Shown here in pieces: positions 27,004-34,664 of a stretch of DNA of 45,090 nucleotides. The notes beneath the pieces were generated by a model. That model ran no database searches. It worked only from the letters and a program-made list of their open reading frames with translations, and was not told the origin of the DNA. Position numbers and translations under genes: made by a program. The stretch covers positions 1 through 45,090 of the forward strand of contig JAISVG010000084.1 of the NCBI GenBank assembly GCA_031271635.1, read 5' to 3'. Every line of letters starts with the position of its first letter. Position 1 is the stretch's first letter. This DNA is from Erysipelotrichaceae bacterium (GTDB taxonomy: Bacteria > Bacillota_I > Bacilli_A > RFN20 > CAG-826).

Positions 27004-27345
27004 AAGAAATTTAATTACATAGAAATGATGACGACGTTTAATTTTATGACGACCGATAGATTGGAGATCCTTTAAATTAACAGTAATAACACCTTTACGA
27101 ACTCCAGAAAATTTAGGAAGAGTAAGATCCTCTTTTGGAATCGAGTAAACAGAACCATCCCTTACATAATTGATCTTACCAAGCATATACTTCTGTTTGT
27201 CATATTCTAGAGATGTAAAAGTATTAACATCACAAGTATTACCATTAATAGATCTAATATAAACATAATGGCCCGATTTTAAACCAAGTTTCTTACCATC
27301 AACCCAAGCAATTTTACCCTTAAGTTTTTTATCTTTACTTCCCAT
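26998..27345 (-). CDS. Hypothetical basic 115-aa protein
   Basis: ORF with the RBS AAGGAGAT. The sequence is Lys-rich and looks beta-rich. No family is recognised with confidence. Confidence 0.5.
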   Translation of the reverse strand: MGSKDKKLKGKIAWVDGKKLGLKSGHYVYIRSINGNTCDVNTFTSLEYDKQKYMLGKINYVRDGSVYSIPKEDLTLPKFSGVRKGVITVNLKDLQSIGRHKIKRRHHFYVIKFLK

Positions 27346-27360
27346 AATCTCCTTTACCTT

Positions 27361-27385
27361 AAAAGGGGAGTAAATACCACTCCCC
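27361..27385 (-). terminator. Minus-strand hairpin plus short T-run (intra-operon terminator/attenuator)
   Basis: The minus strand forms GGGGAGT-GGTATTT-ACTCCCC followed by TTTT. Confidence 0.4.
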
Positions 27386-27395
27386 AGAACATTAT

Positions 27396-27836
27396 TTAAT
27401 CGCGATCAATTACGTCGGTCGCGTTGATTTCTTTATCTGGCCTTAAAACCCAGAGCTTAGAAACTTCTTTATCATAAGTTAAAACGTCGACTTGATTCTC
27501 ATCTAAAAAGAAACTATGAGACATATTTCTTCCAAAAGTGACTTCCACTAGATGATACTTTTCTCCGTTAGTCTTTTCACCAAAAGATAATCTTGCTCGG
27601 ACGTTTAATCGCATTTCTTTAGGGACATCTGGAAGATTTAGTTTCAATGAAACTTTAATAGCTTCAGCTTCATCAATTTTTACGCGGCAGTTAAGTCTCC
27701 CAATCATTACAATCGCATAATAATAGGGTAATACCGACTCGCGGCGCTTTTCTTTAACAATCTTGCATGGGAACTTAGCTAAAGCATTATAATCCGCCTC
27801 AGTAAGTTCAATTAGTCTTTTAAATTCTTTTGACAT
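27396..27836 (-). CDS. Hypothetical 146-aa protein
   Basis: ORF with the RBS AAGGAGGAAA. No TM segment and no recognisable motif. Confidence 0.5.
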   Translation of the reverse strand: MSKEFKRLIELTEADYNALAKFPCKIVKEKRRESVLPYYYAIVMIGRLNCRVKIDEAEAIKVSLKLNLPDVPKEMRLNVRARLSFGEKTNGEKYHLVEVTFGRNMSHSFFLDENQVDVLTYDKEVSKLWVLRPDKEINATDVIDRD

Positions 27837-27913
27837 ATATTTTCCTCCTTTATGTCAATGCTCAATTTTTAGATCTTAGAGCTAGATCTATATCGTCCTT
27901 GGGTATTCAAGGA

Positions 27914-29980
27914 TCAATAACGACGTTTAGGCTTACTTGCTTTATTAAGTCTTTTAACATCTTTCTTTAGTTTCTGATGACTTAAAAAGCGGCTAATACG
28001 GCTAATAATACTAATCAAGATGATCAGTAAAATAACACCACCGATAATATAGATAATGGTTAAGAAAGAATCTTTATTATCGTTCCAAAGATCTAGAAGC
28101 TTATCCCACCAAGGACGATCTGGATCATCAATTGGGTCAGCAGGGTCTTCTTGAGGAGTTCCTTCAATCACGATCGTGTCATCTGGATCAAGATCTGGAT
28201 GAATGTTACCATCAAGGTCAATTACTACCGGAAAGCCATATTCATTATTGACCACATGATAGCCGTTAGGGTTACCAGTCAATCTAATCGTCTCTCCGGC
28301 AACAGTTTCATAACGAATCTCATAGGCCGAAAACCAATTAATAAAACTCTTATGAGGCTTAGCGAGGTTGTCATTGACGTAGCCATCGACATACTCAGTG
28401 ACATTCTGGTAACAATAATCATAACTATTACCATCAGAGGCCTTAACTGGGCCTTCCTTAAACCCATCGGTTTGACCACTAATATCAACACCAAAGATTG
28501 GTTCTACAGTGTCAATAAACTCCGTAATTGAGACATCGAGTTTTTGCTTATCAATACTAGGATAAGGAATACTCTGGCCGCTAGAATTACGAAGGACAGA
28601 TTGGCCTTCTTGATAGTAAGCGACAAGTCGAGTGACGTTCTCAATTGGCTTTTGTTTTTCGCGGTCGAAGTAAAAATCAAAACCGAAACGCTGAAGATAG
28701 AATCTAGTATTAACTTCTTGCTCAGCGAAATATTCTTGTACAGTAATTAAACCCACCGTAAGAAGCACCCAGTACCAAGCAATATCAGCATCAGCAACAG
28801 CAGTTTCAACGTCATTAAAGCCAAAAGACTCATGATAAAAAATTCCTTCGGCCATGTCAAACCAATAAACAAACTCAAACGGAACAAAAGTATTAGTTGA
28901 AAGATTGTTAAGGCTAATAGAACCATCTATAACAGCATTAGGCCAACTATCGCCACGGCCAATAGTTACTTCTGTTAATACAATCCGTAACGAATTATTA
29001 ATTATTGGAGCATAATCTTTAATATAAATATGATACTCAAAGCCACCACCATCAAGTGGAAATTGACCAACATCAAGATCATCTTTAGTAAAAATAAAAG
29101 GAGTAACAGCTCCAAGTTCAATATAATAGCCTTTAAAACCGATGGGCCAGAAAGGAGCAAGATCAGAGAGATTACCTGTGATTGAATTAGACACAACGAA
29201 ATCGCCATCAACAACATTCGCTGATGTGATGTCCCAAGGAAGAGCAGCATACTTACCACTCATTGAAAGCGGCATATTAAAACTCACCGCAAAGTTATTA
29301 GTAAGTTGAGTAATACTTCTGATGTTTCGACCAGAAACATCACTTAAAACGGTCGGATAAAAAGTAACACCAAGCCGGAGTTCATATCTAACCCCTGGCA
29401 TCGGCATTGAATAATTAATTGCCGCATAATATGGTCTTAATATCACTCCTTTAGAGCTAGTAAAAGCCAATGAATCAGGACCAACTTTAACATAGACAAG
29501 TGGCACTTCATTAACAAAAAGATAAGGAAGAACTAATTCCTTATCAATTAAAAGCGATTGAAGGTAAGTAAAAGGATTTACCGGATACCAAGGAGACTCA
29601 TAAGCCGGTGAAGTTTCAACCTGAAAGATAAAATTCCAAGTAGAAGCAGATTCGCGAAGATAAAGATTAGCGTTACCGTTCTGATAAGTATAATAATCAG
29701 GATCAAGATCTCCTGGTAAAACGGAAACCGGGAAAACTTCACTTAATAAATCAGTTCTTCCGGTGTATAGAGTGACATAATTTCCAGATCTATTAAATCC
29801 TTCATATGAAAGATCATCCTGAGACATCAAGACCGGAAGCGGAAGCTGCGGGGCGAGCGCAGCATCCACCTCTTGCCAAACAAAATCAGTACTATCTGAA
29901 GCTTGAACAGATAAAGAAATATTAGTATGTAAAGGAATTAAGATTAATAAGCTTAATAATAGTACTAAGATTCTTTTCAT
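27914..29980 (-). CDS. Large type-I membrane protein (signal peptide, ~610-aa ectodomain, C-terminal TM anchor, basic tail); candidate adsorption/fusion protein
   Basis: Signal peptide MKRILVLLLSLLILIPLHTNISLSVQA. C-terminal TM segment FLTIIYIIGGVILLIILISIISRI followed by KLKKDVKRLNKASKPKRRY. A Pro/Asp-rich stalk (PQEDPADPIDDPDRPWW) precedes the anchor. Confidence 0.6.
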   Translation of the reverse strand: MKRILVLLLSLLILIPLHTNISLSVQASDSTDFVWQEVDAALAPQLPLPVLMSQDDLSYEGFNRSGNYVTLYTGRTDLLSEVFPVSVLPGDLDPDYYTYQNGNANLYLRESASTWNFIFQVETSPAYESPWYPVNPFTYLQSLLIDKELVLPYLFVNEVPLVYVKVGPDSLAFTSSKGVILRPYYAAINYSMPMPGVRYELRLGVTFYPTVLSDVSGRNIRSITQLTNNFAVSFNMPLSMSGKYAALPWDITSANVVDGDFVVSNSITGNLSDLAPFWPIGFKGYYIELGAVTPFIFTKDDLDVGQFPLDGGGFEYHIYIKDYAPIINNSLRIVLTEVTIGRGDSWPNAVIDGSISLNNLSTNTFVPFEFVYWFDMAEGIFYHESFGFNDVETAVADADIAWYWVLLTVGLITVQEYFAEQEVNTRFYLQRFGFDFYFDREKQKPIENVTRLVAYYQEGQSVLRNSSGQSIPYPSIDKQKLDVSITEFIDTVEPIFGVDISGQTDGFKEGPVKASDGNSYDYCYQNVTEYVDGYVNDNLAKPHKSFINWFSAYEIRYETVAGETIRLTGNPNGYHVVNNEYGFPVVIDLDGNIHPDLDPDDTIVIEGTPQEDPADPIDDPDRPWWDKLLDLWNDNKDSFLTIIYIIGGVILLIILISIISRISRFLSHQKLKKDVKRLNKASKPKRRY

Positions 29981-29991
29981 GTTTTCTCCTT

Positions 29992-30609
29992 TTAAGAAAT
30001 AACGACTTTGTAATTAACTAGTTCGATATGATAATTCCACTCAATTTCATAAGTAGAAACTGGATTAAAATTATCATCAAAAGTAGTAGCTGCTGAAAGC
30101 TCGAACTTTTCTAAAGTAACATCTAAGCCATCGGCAATAGCACCACTACCAACACTTGCTTGAATAGAGTCATCACCGAAAGGATTAAAATAAATTTCAA
30201 AAATGCCACCGCCTAAATAGATAACAGCAACATCAGTAGAAAGATAAGAAGTAGATTCGGTAGTTGTCTTATCTTCACCAATCGTCGAAGTATAAGCAGT
30301 CAAAATGCTTTTAACTCCGGCGATCGAAGCTACATCATCATCGGCCACACAAATCTTCATTAACTGATAAACGGTGGTTTGATTGTTTTCACCAATTGTT
30401 GGATCATATTCGTAGCCAGGGGCTACAGAAAGCGAAACCGACTCAATATCGCCAACTTCCATATGGCCAGTGATTTTATTGGCCTCATTAACGACTTTGT
30501 CCCAGTTAGCACCTAAGAAGCCAGTACCAACTGCAAGACCTACTGCAGCAAGTAAAACTGCTACAGTAATAACAATAGACTTTGTTTTATTTTGATTGTA
30601 ATGTGACAT
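29992..30609 (-). CDS. Type-II anchored membrane protein (N-terminal TM, 170-aa ectodomain)
   Basis: 205 aa with the TM segment IVITVAVLLAAVGLAVGTGFLGA and the RBS AAGGAGGAC. Confidence 0.55.
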   Translation of the reverse strand: MSHYNQNKTKSIVITVAVLLAAVGLAVGTGFLGANWDKVVNEANKITGHMEVGDIESVSLSVAPGYEYDPTIGENNQTTVYQLMKICVADDDVASIAGVKSILTAYTSTIGEDKTTTESTSYLSTDVAVIYLGGGIFEIYFNPFGDDSIQASVGSGAIADGLDVTLEKFELSAATTFDDNFNPVSTYEIEWNYHIELVNYKVVIS

Positions 30610-30623
30610 ATAGTCCTCCTTTT

Positions 30624-30893
30624 TTAATTAGATAGGTCGTCTAGATCTTCTTCTAAAAAGACTGCAGCGACCCACCTCATGAAGCCGTTACGGCGCTTTA
30701 ATTTTGGAACAGAGATATTACGAATTTTAGCCTGGTGAATAGTTGATCCTTTTTTCTGATTGTAACTTTCAACAGACTTTTTAAGATCTTCCCATGACTC
30801 GCCTTCGGCAAGTTTTTTAGCGATCCATTTTTTGGCCGCTAGAAGTTCCTTTTGATCTTTAGGATGAGGAACTAAGTATTTTTGCTTGAACAC
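30624..30893 (-). CDS. Hypothetical 89-aa protein
   Basis: ORF in the packed co-directional array; basic; no motif recognised. Confidence 0.4.
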   Translation of the reverse strand: MFKQKYLVPHPKDQKELLAAKKWIAKKLAEGESWEDLKKSVESYNQKKGSTIHQAKIRNISVPKLKRRNGFMRWVAAVFLEEDLDDLSN

Positions 30894-30898
30894 AACTT

Positions 30899-31174
30899 TT
30901 ACTTAACACCCAAAGCTTTACAAATTAGATCTTTAATAGTTAAGTAATCTTTAACATGTTTTTTTCCAACAGGAATAAAGAAACCATTTGAACCCTTCTT
31001 AATAGAAGGCTTTACTTTAGAATCGTTAACCATAGGATCGAAGATAACAGTTATTTTTCGACTACCTTTTTCATAAGATCTTCCCATGACTAAATTCTGA
31101 GTCATAATCCCTTTACCAAGAGTTGAAACAGCATGATCAGCAGTAATCTTAAGTTCTTCGTGATCACTTTTCAT
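30899..31174 (-). CDS. Hypothetical 91-aa protein
   Basis: ORF in the packed co-directional array with the RBS AAGGAG upstream. Confidence 0.4.
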   Translation of the reverse strand: MKSDHEELKITADHAVSTLGKGIMTQNLVMGRSYEKGSRKITVIFDPMVNDSKVKPSIKKGSNGFFIPVGKKHVKDYLTIKDLICKALGVK

Positions 31175-31211
31175 AAAACTAATTAATAACTCCTTTAATA
31201 ACTATTTAGAC

Positions 31212-31571
31212 TTAAACACGACGTTTTTTATTAGCAAGAGAAGCAAGCTTCTTTTTTTCAACAAGCTTAGCTTCTTTAGCTTTTAGTTTACGTTCCTGAC
31301 GTTCTTTCTTTTGTTCAGGGGATAAACCAGCAAAGAATGCACTACGACGTGCTTTTGATTTAGATGGTAGACCTTTATTAGCAGCATAAGCTTCAGCTGA
31401 ATCAGTTCTAGCCTGAAGATAACCTTTACGATAAGCAACCTCTTCAGGAGTTAAAATCTCCCCATTTGCATCAACACGATTTTTTAATTGATTCGAATAA
31501 CGTTTGCCCTTTTCAGAAGGATCGAGAAGAACAATTTCGTTACCTCTTTTAGTTTTAACTATAGTACCCAT
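31212..31571 (-). CDS. Highly basic 119-aa protein (candidate nucleic-acid-binding/nucleoprotein)
   Basis: C-terminal KKERQERKLKAKEAKLVEKKKLASLANKKRRV. GGAGGT lies 5 nt before the MGTIVKTK ATG, so the start is 31571 rather than the track's 31583. Confidence 0.55.
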   Translation of the reverse strand: MGTIVKTKRGNEIVLLDPSEKGKRYSNQLKNRVDANGEILTPEEVAYRKGYLQARTDSAEAYAANKGLPSKSKARRSAFFAGLSPEQKKERQERKLKAKEAKLVEKKKLASLANKKRRV

Positions 31572-31704
31572 ATGTACCTCCATTAATTAATGCAGGCGGA
31601 TCTTGCTAGTTTGCCGCGGTCAGTAACTCACCGCCTGACTCATTTTTTTTATGAAAGCATTCTTTATTCTTTAGATGCGCGGCCATCTTAAAGAAACAAA
31701 ATAA

Positions 31705-31938
31705 TTAATTAGTTTCCGGCAAGTCCTCCTTTAGTTCAACTCCGAAATATGAAAGAAGATACTCATATTCTTCTTTAGAAATATACCAACCACGATACCA
31801 ACCACGTCTAAAATTAGATCTTTTCTCTGCTGCAAAATAAATAATTTCGCCATTTTTCTCAACATGAGAATAAAAACAAATAATAGACTTAATCGGAACA
31901 ACAACATCACCAAGACTAATAATCGCTTCTCTTTTCAT
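31705..31938 (-). CDS. Hypothetical 77-aa protein
   Basis: The ORF abuts the stop of the upstream 366-aa gene (stop and start are adjacent). The same-strand overlapping ORF 31731-31913 was rejected. Confidence 0.4.
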   Translation of the reverse strand: MKREAIISLGDVVVPIKSIICFYSHVEKNGEIIYFAAEKRSNFRRGWYRGWYISKEEYEYLLSYFGVELKEDLPETN

Positions 31939-33039
31939 TTAGATCTCCTTTTCTTTTAACTGATTAATCATTGAACCTAGTTCGATTCTCTCAAAAATAT
32001 ATGAACCAGAATACTTATAATCTAACTTCCGGTAATTCTGAAAGGCTTCTTTACCATCTTTATCCGCTGCAGTAAAAATAAACCATGAGAATAATTCATG
32101 GAGCTTATCATTAATGAGCCGGTAGAATTTAAAACCTAAAGTCTTGGCTTCATCAACTAAAAGCCAATTATCAGGATTCTTAATAAATTCTTCACGTTGT
32201 TTATCATTTTTAAGAGTTTGATTAGGGTTACGTTTTTTAGTAACAGCTTTAACATCATTACCTTTTTCAAATTTTTTAGGAGCGAATAATTCAGTTAATT
32301 TATCTTTTAGGTTTAAAAAAAATTTATCAAGTTTTTTTGAATTTTCAATAAAAAAATGTTTGAAATTATCTTTAATATAAAAACCACCTAAAGAATAAAC
32401 CGAAGTTTCTAAATTAAGATTTAATTGGATCTTTAAATCTTTTTTTTCTAAGAAGCTAAATAAGATTTCATATATGAAATAAAATGAATTAGAATTATTA
32501 ACTTTACTAAATTTTATATCTTTAACATGACTCTTTTCAGGAATAAAAGGAAAAGCTTTAAACCAAGCTTGTTTAATTTCTTCTTCTAAAGCAAGATAAG
32601 AGTCGGACGTCCGACCTGATTTTTTAATCTCACGGATTTTCCTAATTGTAAAAGTTGCAGGAAGATTCTTCCTATCATCTTCAGGAATAGAAAGAAGTTC
32701 TGTTAATTGAGAAAAGGAATAATCTTTATATTCCTTCTTTAGTTCTAAGGAATACATTGAGTCATCTTGATTAGAAAAAGTGATATATACTCGAATTAAA
32801 TTTTTGATAGTTGTAAGAGAAAGATTAAATCTTTCCTTTGCAAAGTCTTCAATTGTTTCATAATTAGCAGTTAAATAAAGTTTTTCATCTCTAATCTTAG
32901 AAAGTCTAGAACCAATTCTTAAAAATTGTTTTTCAATCTCTCCCATCGATGCATCAATGGAAGAAGAAAGATCTACCAATTTTTGATAATTTTTGATTAA
33001 TGTGAAACTATCATTTAATTCGGTATTATTTTTTGCCAT
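31939..33039 (-). CDS. First gene of the long leftward operon; 366-aa protein of unknown function
   Basis: RBS AAAGGAG. The N-terminal ~90 aa (FLRIGSRLSKIRDEKLY...YETIEDFAKERFNLSLTTIKNLIRVY) weakly resemble HTH/ParB-like early-phage DNA-binding modules. Confidence 0.55.
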   Translation of the reverse strand: MAKNNTELNDSFTLIKNYQKLVDLSSSIDASMGEIEKQFLRIGSRLSKIRDEKLYLTANYETIEDFAKERFNLSLTTIKNLIRVYITFSNQDDSMYSLELKKEYKDYSFSQLTELLSIPEDDRKNLPATFTIRKIREIKKSGRTSDSYLALEEEIKQAWFKAFPFIPEKSHVKDIKFSKVNNSNSFYFIYEILFSFLEKKDLKIQLNLNLETSVYSLGGFYIKDNFKHFFIENSKKLDKFFLNLKDKLTELFAPKKFEKGNDVKAVTKKRNPNQTLKNDKQREEFIKNPDNWLLVDEAKTLGFKFYRLINDKLHELFSWFIFTAADKDGKEAFQNYRKLDYKYSGSYIFERIELGSMINQLKEKEI

Positions 33040-33149
33040 GTTCGAACTCCTTTGTGCAATGAAAGCACATTATGATTATATTATGAGAATAATTGACACA
33101 AATGTCAATCAAAATGTGCAATCAAAGAACAAAAAAGTAAAATTAAAAT
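33040..33149. promoter_or_regulatory. Divergent promoter/operator region (genetic-switch-like)
   Basis: The palindrome TTGACAcaaaTGTCAA (33093-33108) gives back-to-back -35 boxes. The leftward promoter is TTGACA-17 nt-CATAAT, with the -10 at 33080-33085 on the minus strand. The repeat TGTGCAAT(G/C)AAAG occurs at 33053-33065 and 33115-33127. Confidence 0.5.
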
Positions 33150-33500
33150 ATGAAAATGCTTTTAAAGCTAAGAAAACAATACAAAAAAACACAAGAAGAA
33201 GTAGCTAAAGCAATTTATATGGACAGATCTCAGTATAGCAAAATAGAAAACGGAAAAATGGGAATTGCTTTCGATCAAATATTACTTTTATCAAAATTTT
33301 ACGGAATATCATTAGCAGCATTTGGAAGTGATAACGAAGAATTAATTGTATTAACAAAAAACCAATACAAACTTTTAATACAAGTTAAAAACATGATAGA
33401 AGATCTTGAAAGAGGGCAAAATATAACAGATAATTTTAAAGATTCAACAATTAATGGAGATGTTGTAATAGGACATAACAACATAATAAAAAAAAAGTAA
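33150..33500 (+). CDS. XRE/cI-family HTH repressor
   Basis: LRKQYKKTQEEVAKAIYMDRSQYSKIENGKMGIAFDQILLLSKFYGISL is a canonical HTH_3 pattern. The gene is divergent from the long operon. Confidence 0.8.
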   Translation: MKMLLKLRKQYKKTQEEVAKAIYMDRSQYSKIENGKMGIAFDQILLLSKFYGISLAAFGSDNEELIVLTKNQYKLLIQVKNMIEDLERGQNITDNFKDSTINGDVVIGHNNIIKKK

Positions 33501-33518
33501 TCATAAAAAAGGAGTATT

Positions 33519-34139
33519 ATGGCAAAAATTTGTAAAATATGTGGAAAACAAGGGTACATGTACTTTCAATATTGTTATGAACACTTACAACAAATAAAAA
33601 AAGAAGGACAAAATAGTGAAGAAAAAAAAGAAAACACGTGCAAAAAATGTGGAAAACCAAGTGGAGAATATGATCTATGCTATAAATGCTATAGAACAAA
33701 AGTTGAAGAAGATCTAAAGCAAGACAGAAGCATATTAATTCAAAGCGAAAAAGATAGCGGAATTGATATTAGAGATAAATGGCCAGCAGAAATAAGAACA
33801 ATACAAGGGTGTAAAGTAAGAAGTCATGCAGAATGCAGAATAGCAGACTGGCTATACTCACAAGAAGTAAGATATGATTACGAAAGACAACTATATAAAA
33901 AAGACGACGTAGAGAAATTTTTACTTTCGGATTTTTTTCTTCCTGATTACAAAATCTACATAGAGTACTGGGGATATAAAGATAGCGAAACATACAACAA
34001 AAGAAGAGAAGAAAAAATGCAAATATACAAATTTAACGAATGCATAGTTGAACACCTACAAGACAGGGATCTAAAAGTTTTAGACGACGCACTAAGAGCG
34101 ATTGCAATAAAACACGGTATCAAACTAAAGAACCCGTGA
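33519..34139 (+). CDS. Two zinc fingers plus a PD-(D/E)XK-like (restriction-endonuclease fold) domain protein
   Basis: CKICGKQGYMYFQYCYEH and CKKCGKPSGEYDLCYKCY are followed by SHAECRIADWLYSQEVRYDYERQ...LSDFFLPDYKIYIEYWGYK. The latter resembles the nuclease-fold module seen at the N-terminus of helicase IV-type proteins. RBS AAAGGAG; 18 nt downstream of the repressor. Confidence 0.55.
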   Translation: MAKICKICGKQGYMYFQYCYEHLQQIKKEGQNSEEKKENTCKKCGKPSGEYDLCYKCYRTKVEEDLKQDRSILIQSEKDSGIDIRDKWPAEIRTIQGCKVRSHAECRIADWLYSQEVRYDYERQLYKKDDVEKFLLSDFFLPDYKIYIEYWGYKDSETYNKRREEKMQIYKFNECIVEHLQDRDLKVLDDALRAIAIKHGIKLKNP

Positions 34140-34156
34140 TACATTACATGATACAT
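34138..34156. repeat. GATACAT x2 direct repeats; candidate arm-type integrase sites, attR side
   Basis: GATACAT occurs at 34138-34144 and 34150-34156. A 10-bp AT-rich inverted repeat AAATATTCAA-TAG-TTGAATATTT lies at 34218-34240. Confidence 0.45.
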
Positions 34157-34265
34157 AACTATTTTATTCAAAAGAATAAATAATATTAATGTGATTCTCA
34201 ACCACAAAAAATAAGTTAAATATTCAATAGTTGAATATTTATACTTAAATAATTGAAAGATCAAT

Positions 34266-34282
34266 TCCTGTTAACCGCACCA
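34266..34282 (+). repeat. attR core (duplicate of the tRNA-Leu 3' end)
   Basis: TCCTGTTAACCGCACCA is identical to 21490-21506. Confidence 0.85.
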
Positions 34283-34664
34283 ACACACGATGAAATGGCC
34301 CATAAAAGGGCTGTTTTTATTTCTATGAAATTTAAGATTGTTTTATCTAAGATCCTGAGTTCATCCTTTTTAATGATTAGAAAGCTGTGAGGAACTTTGT
34401 GATAATTTAGCTTTAGAACAGATTCCTAATTTTTCTAAAAGTCATAGATTATTGAATATGGAGAGTTTTTGAACAACAAAGCAAGGTCAAAGTGCAGCAG
34501 GAGCATCTAAAGGCCATTTTATGGTAAATCAACTAGATAGTTCTTTTTGAAGGCCGTTCTGCCTTGTAACTTCGAGTGAACTTAGATTATCGCTCACTCG
34601 CTAGCGGATGATAAAAAAGAAATTATGTCATTGTCGATTTCAGAGTATCTAATGAGGAGCAAAA

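Larger units (their letters stand above)
21490..34282. mobile_element. ~12.8 kb integrated temperate element (non-tailed virus-like prophage) in tRNA-Leu
   Basis: It is bounded by the direct repeat TCCTGTTAACCGCACCA (21490-21506 and 34266-34282). The integrase lies next to attL. There are 16 ORFs: 14 in one packed minus-strand array, plus a divergent repressor module. Confidence 0.85.

Noticed and set aside
26998-27345. Possible MazF/PemK-like toxin (GKIAWVD...GHYVYIRS...TFTSL loosely recalls the MazF N-terminal pattern)
   Set aside because: The resemblance is limited to a few residues. There is no adjacent small antitoxin with a typical fold, and the position in a structural-looking operon argues against it. 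An HMM test would be needed.
28151-29259. ORFs 28151-28531(+), 28279-28494(-), 28544-28750(+) and 29002-29259(-) inside the 688-aa gene
   Set aside because: They are nested within a long uninterrupted ORF that has a coherent signal peptide/anchor architecture.
21490-34282. Interpreting the element as a conjugative ICE or as a tailed prophage
   Set aside because: No relaxase, VirB4/VirD4-type pair or pilus/adhesin set is visible. No terminase, portal, capsid, tail or lysin-sized genes are visible either. The element is only 12.8 kb. This rests on reading by eye, so HMM searches should confirm it.
34325-34390. 21-codon ORF MKFKIVLSKILSSSFLMIRKL just outside attR (possible type I toxin-like peptide)
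   Set aside because: It has no RBS and no obvious antisense RNA partner. It is too short to distinguish from chance in AT-rich DNA.
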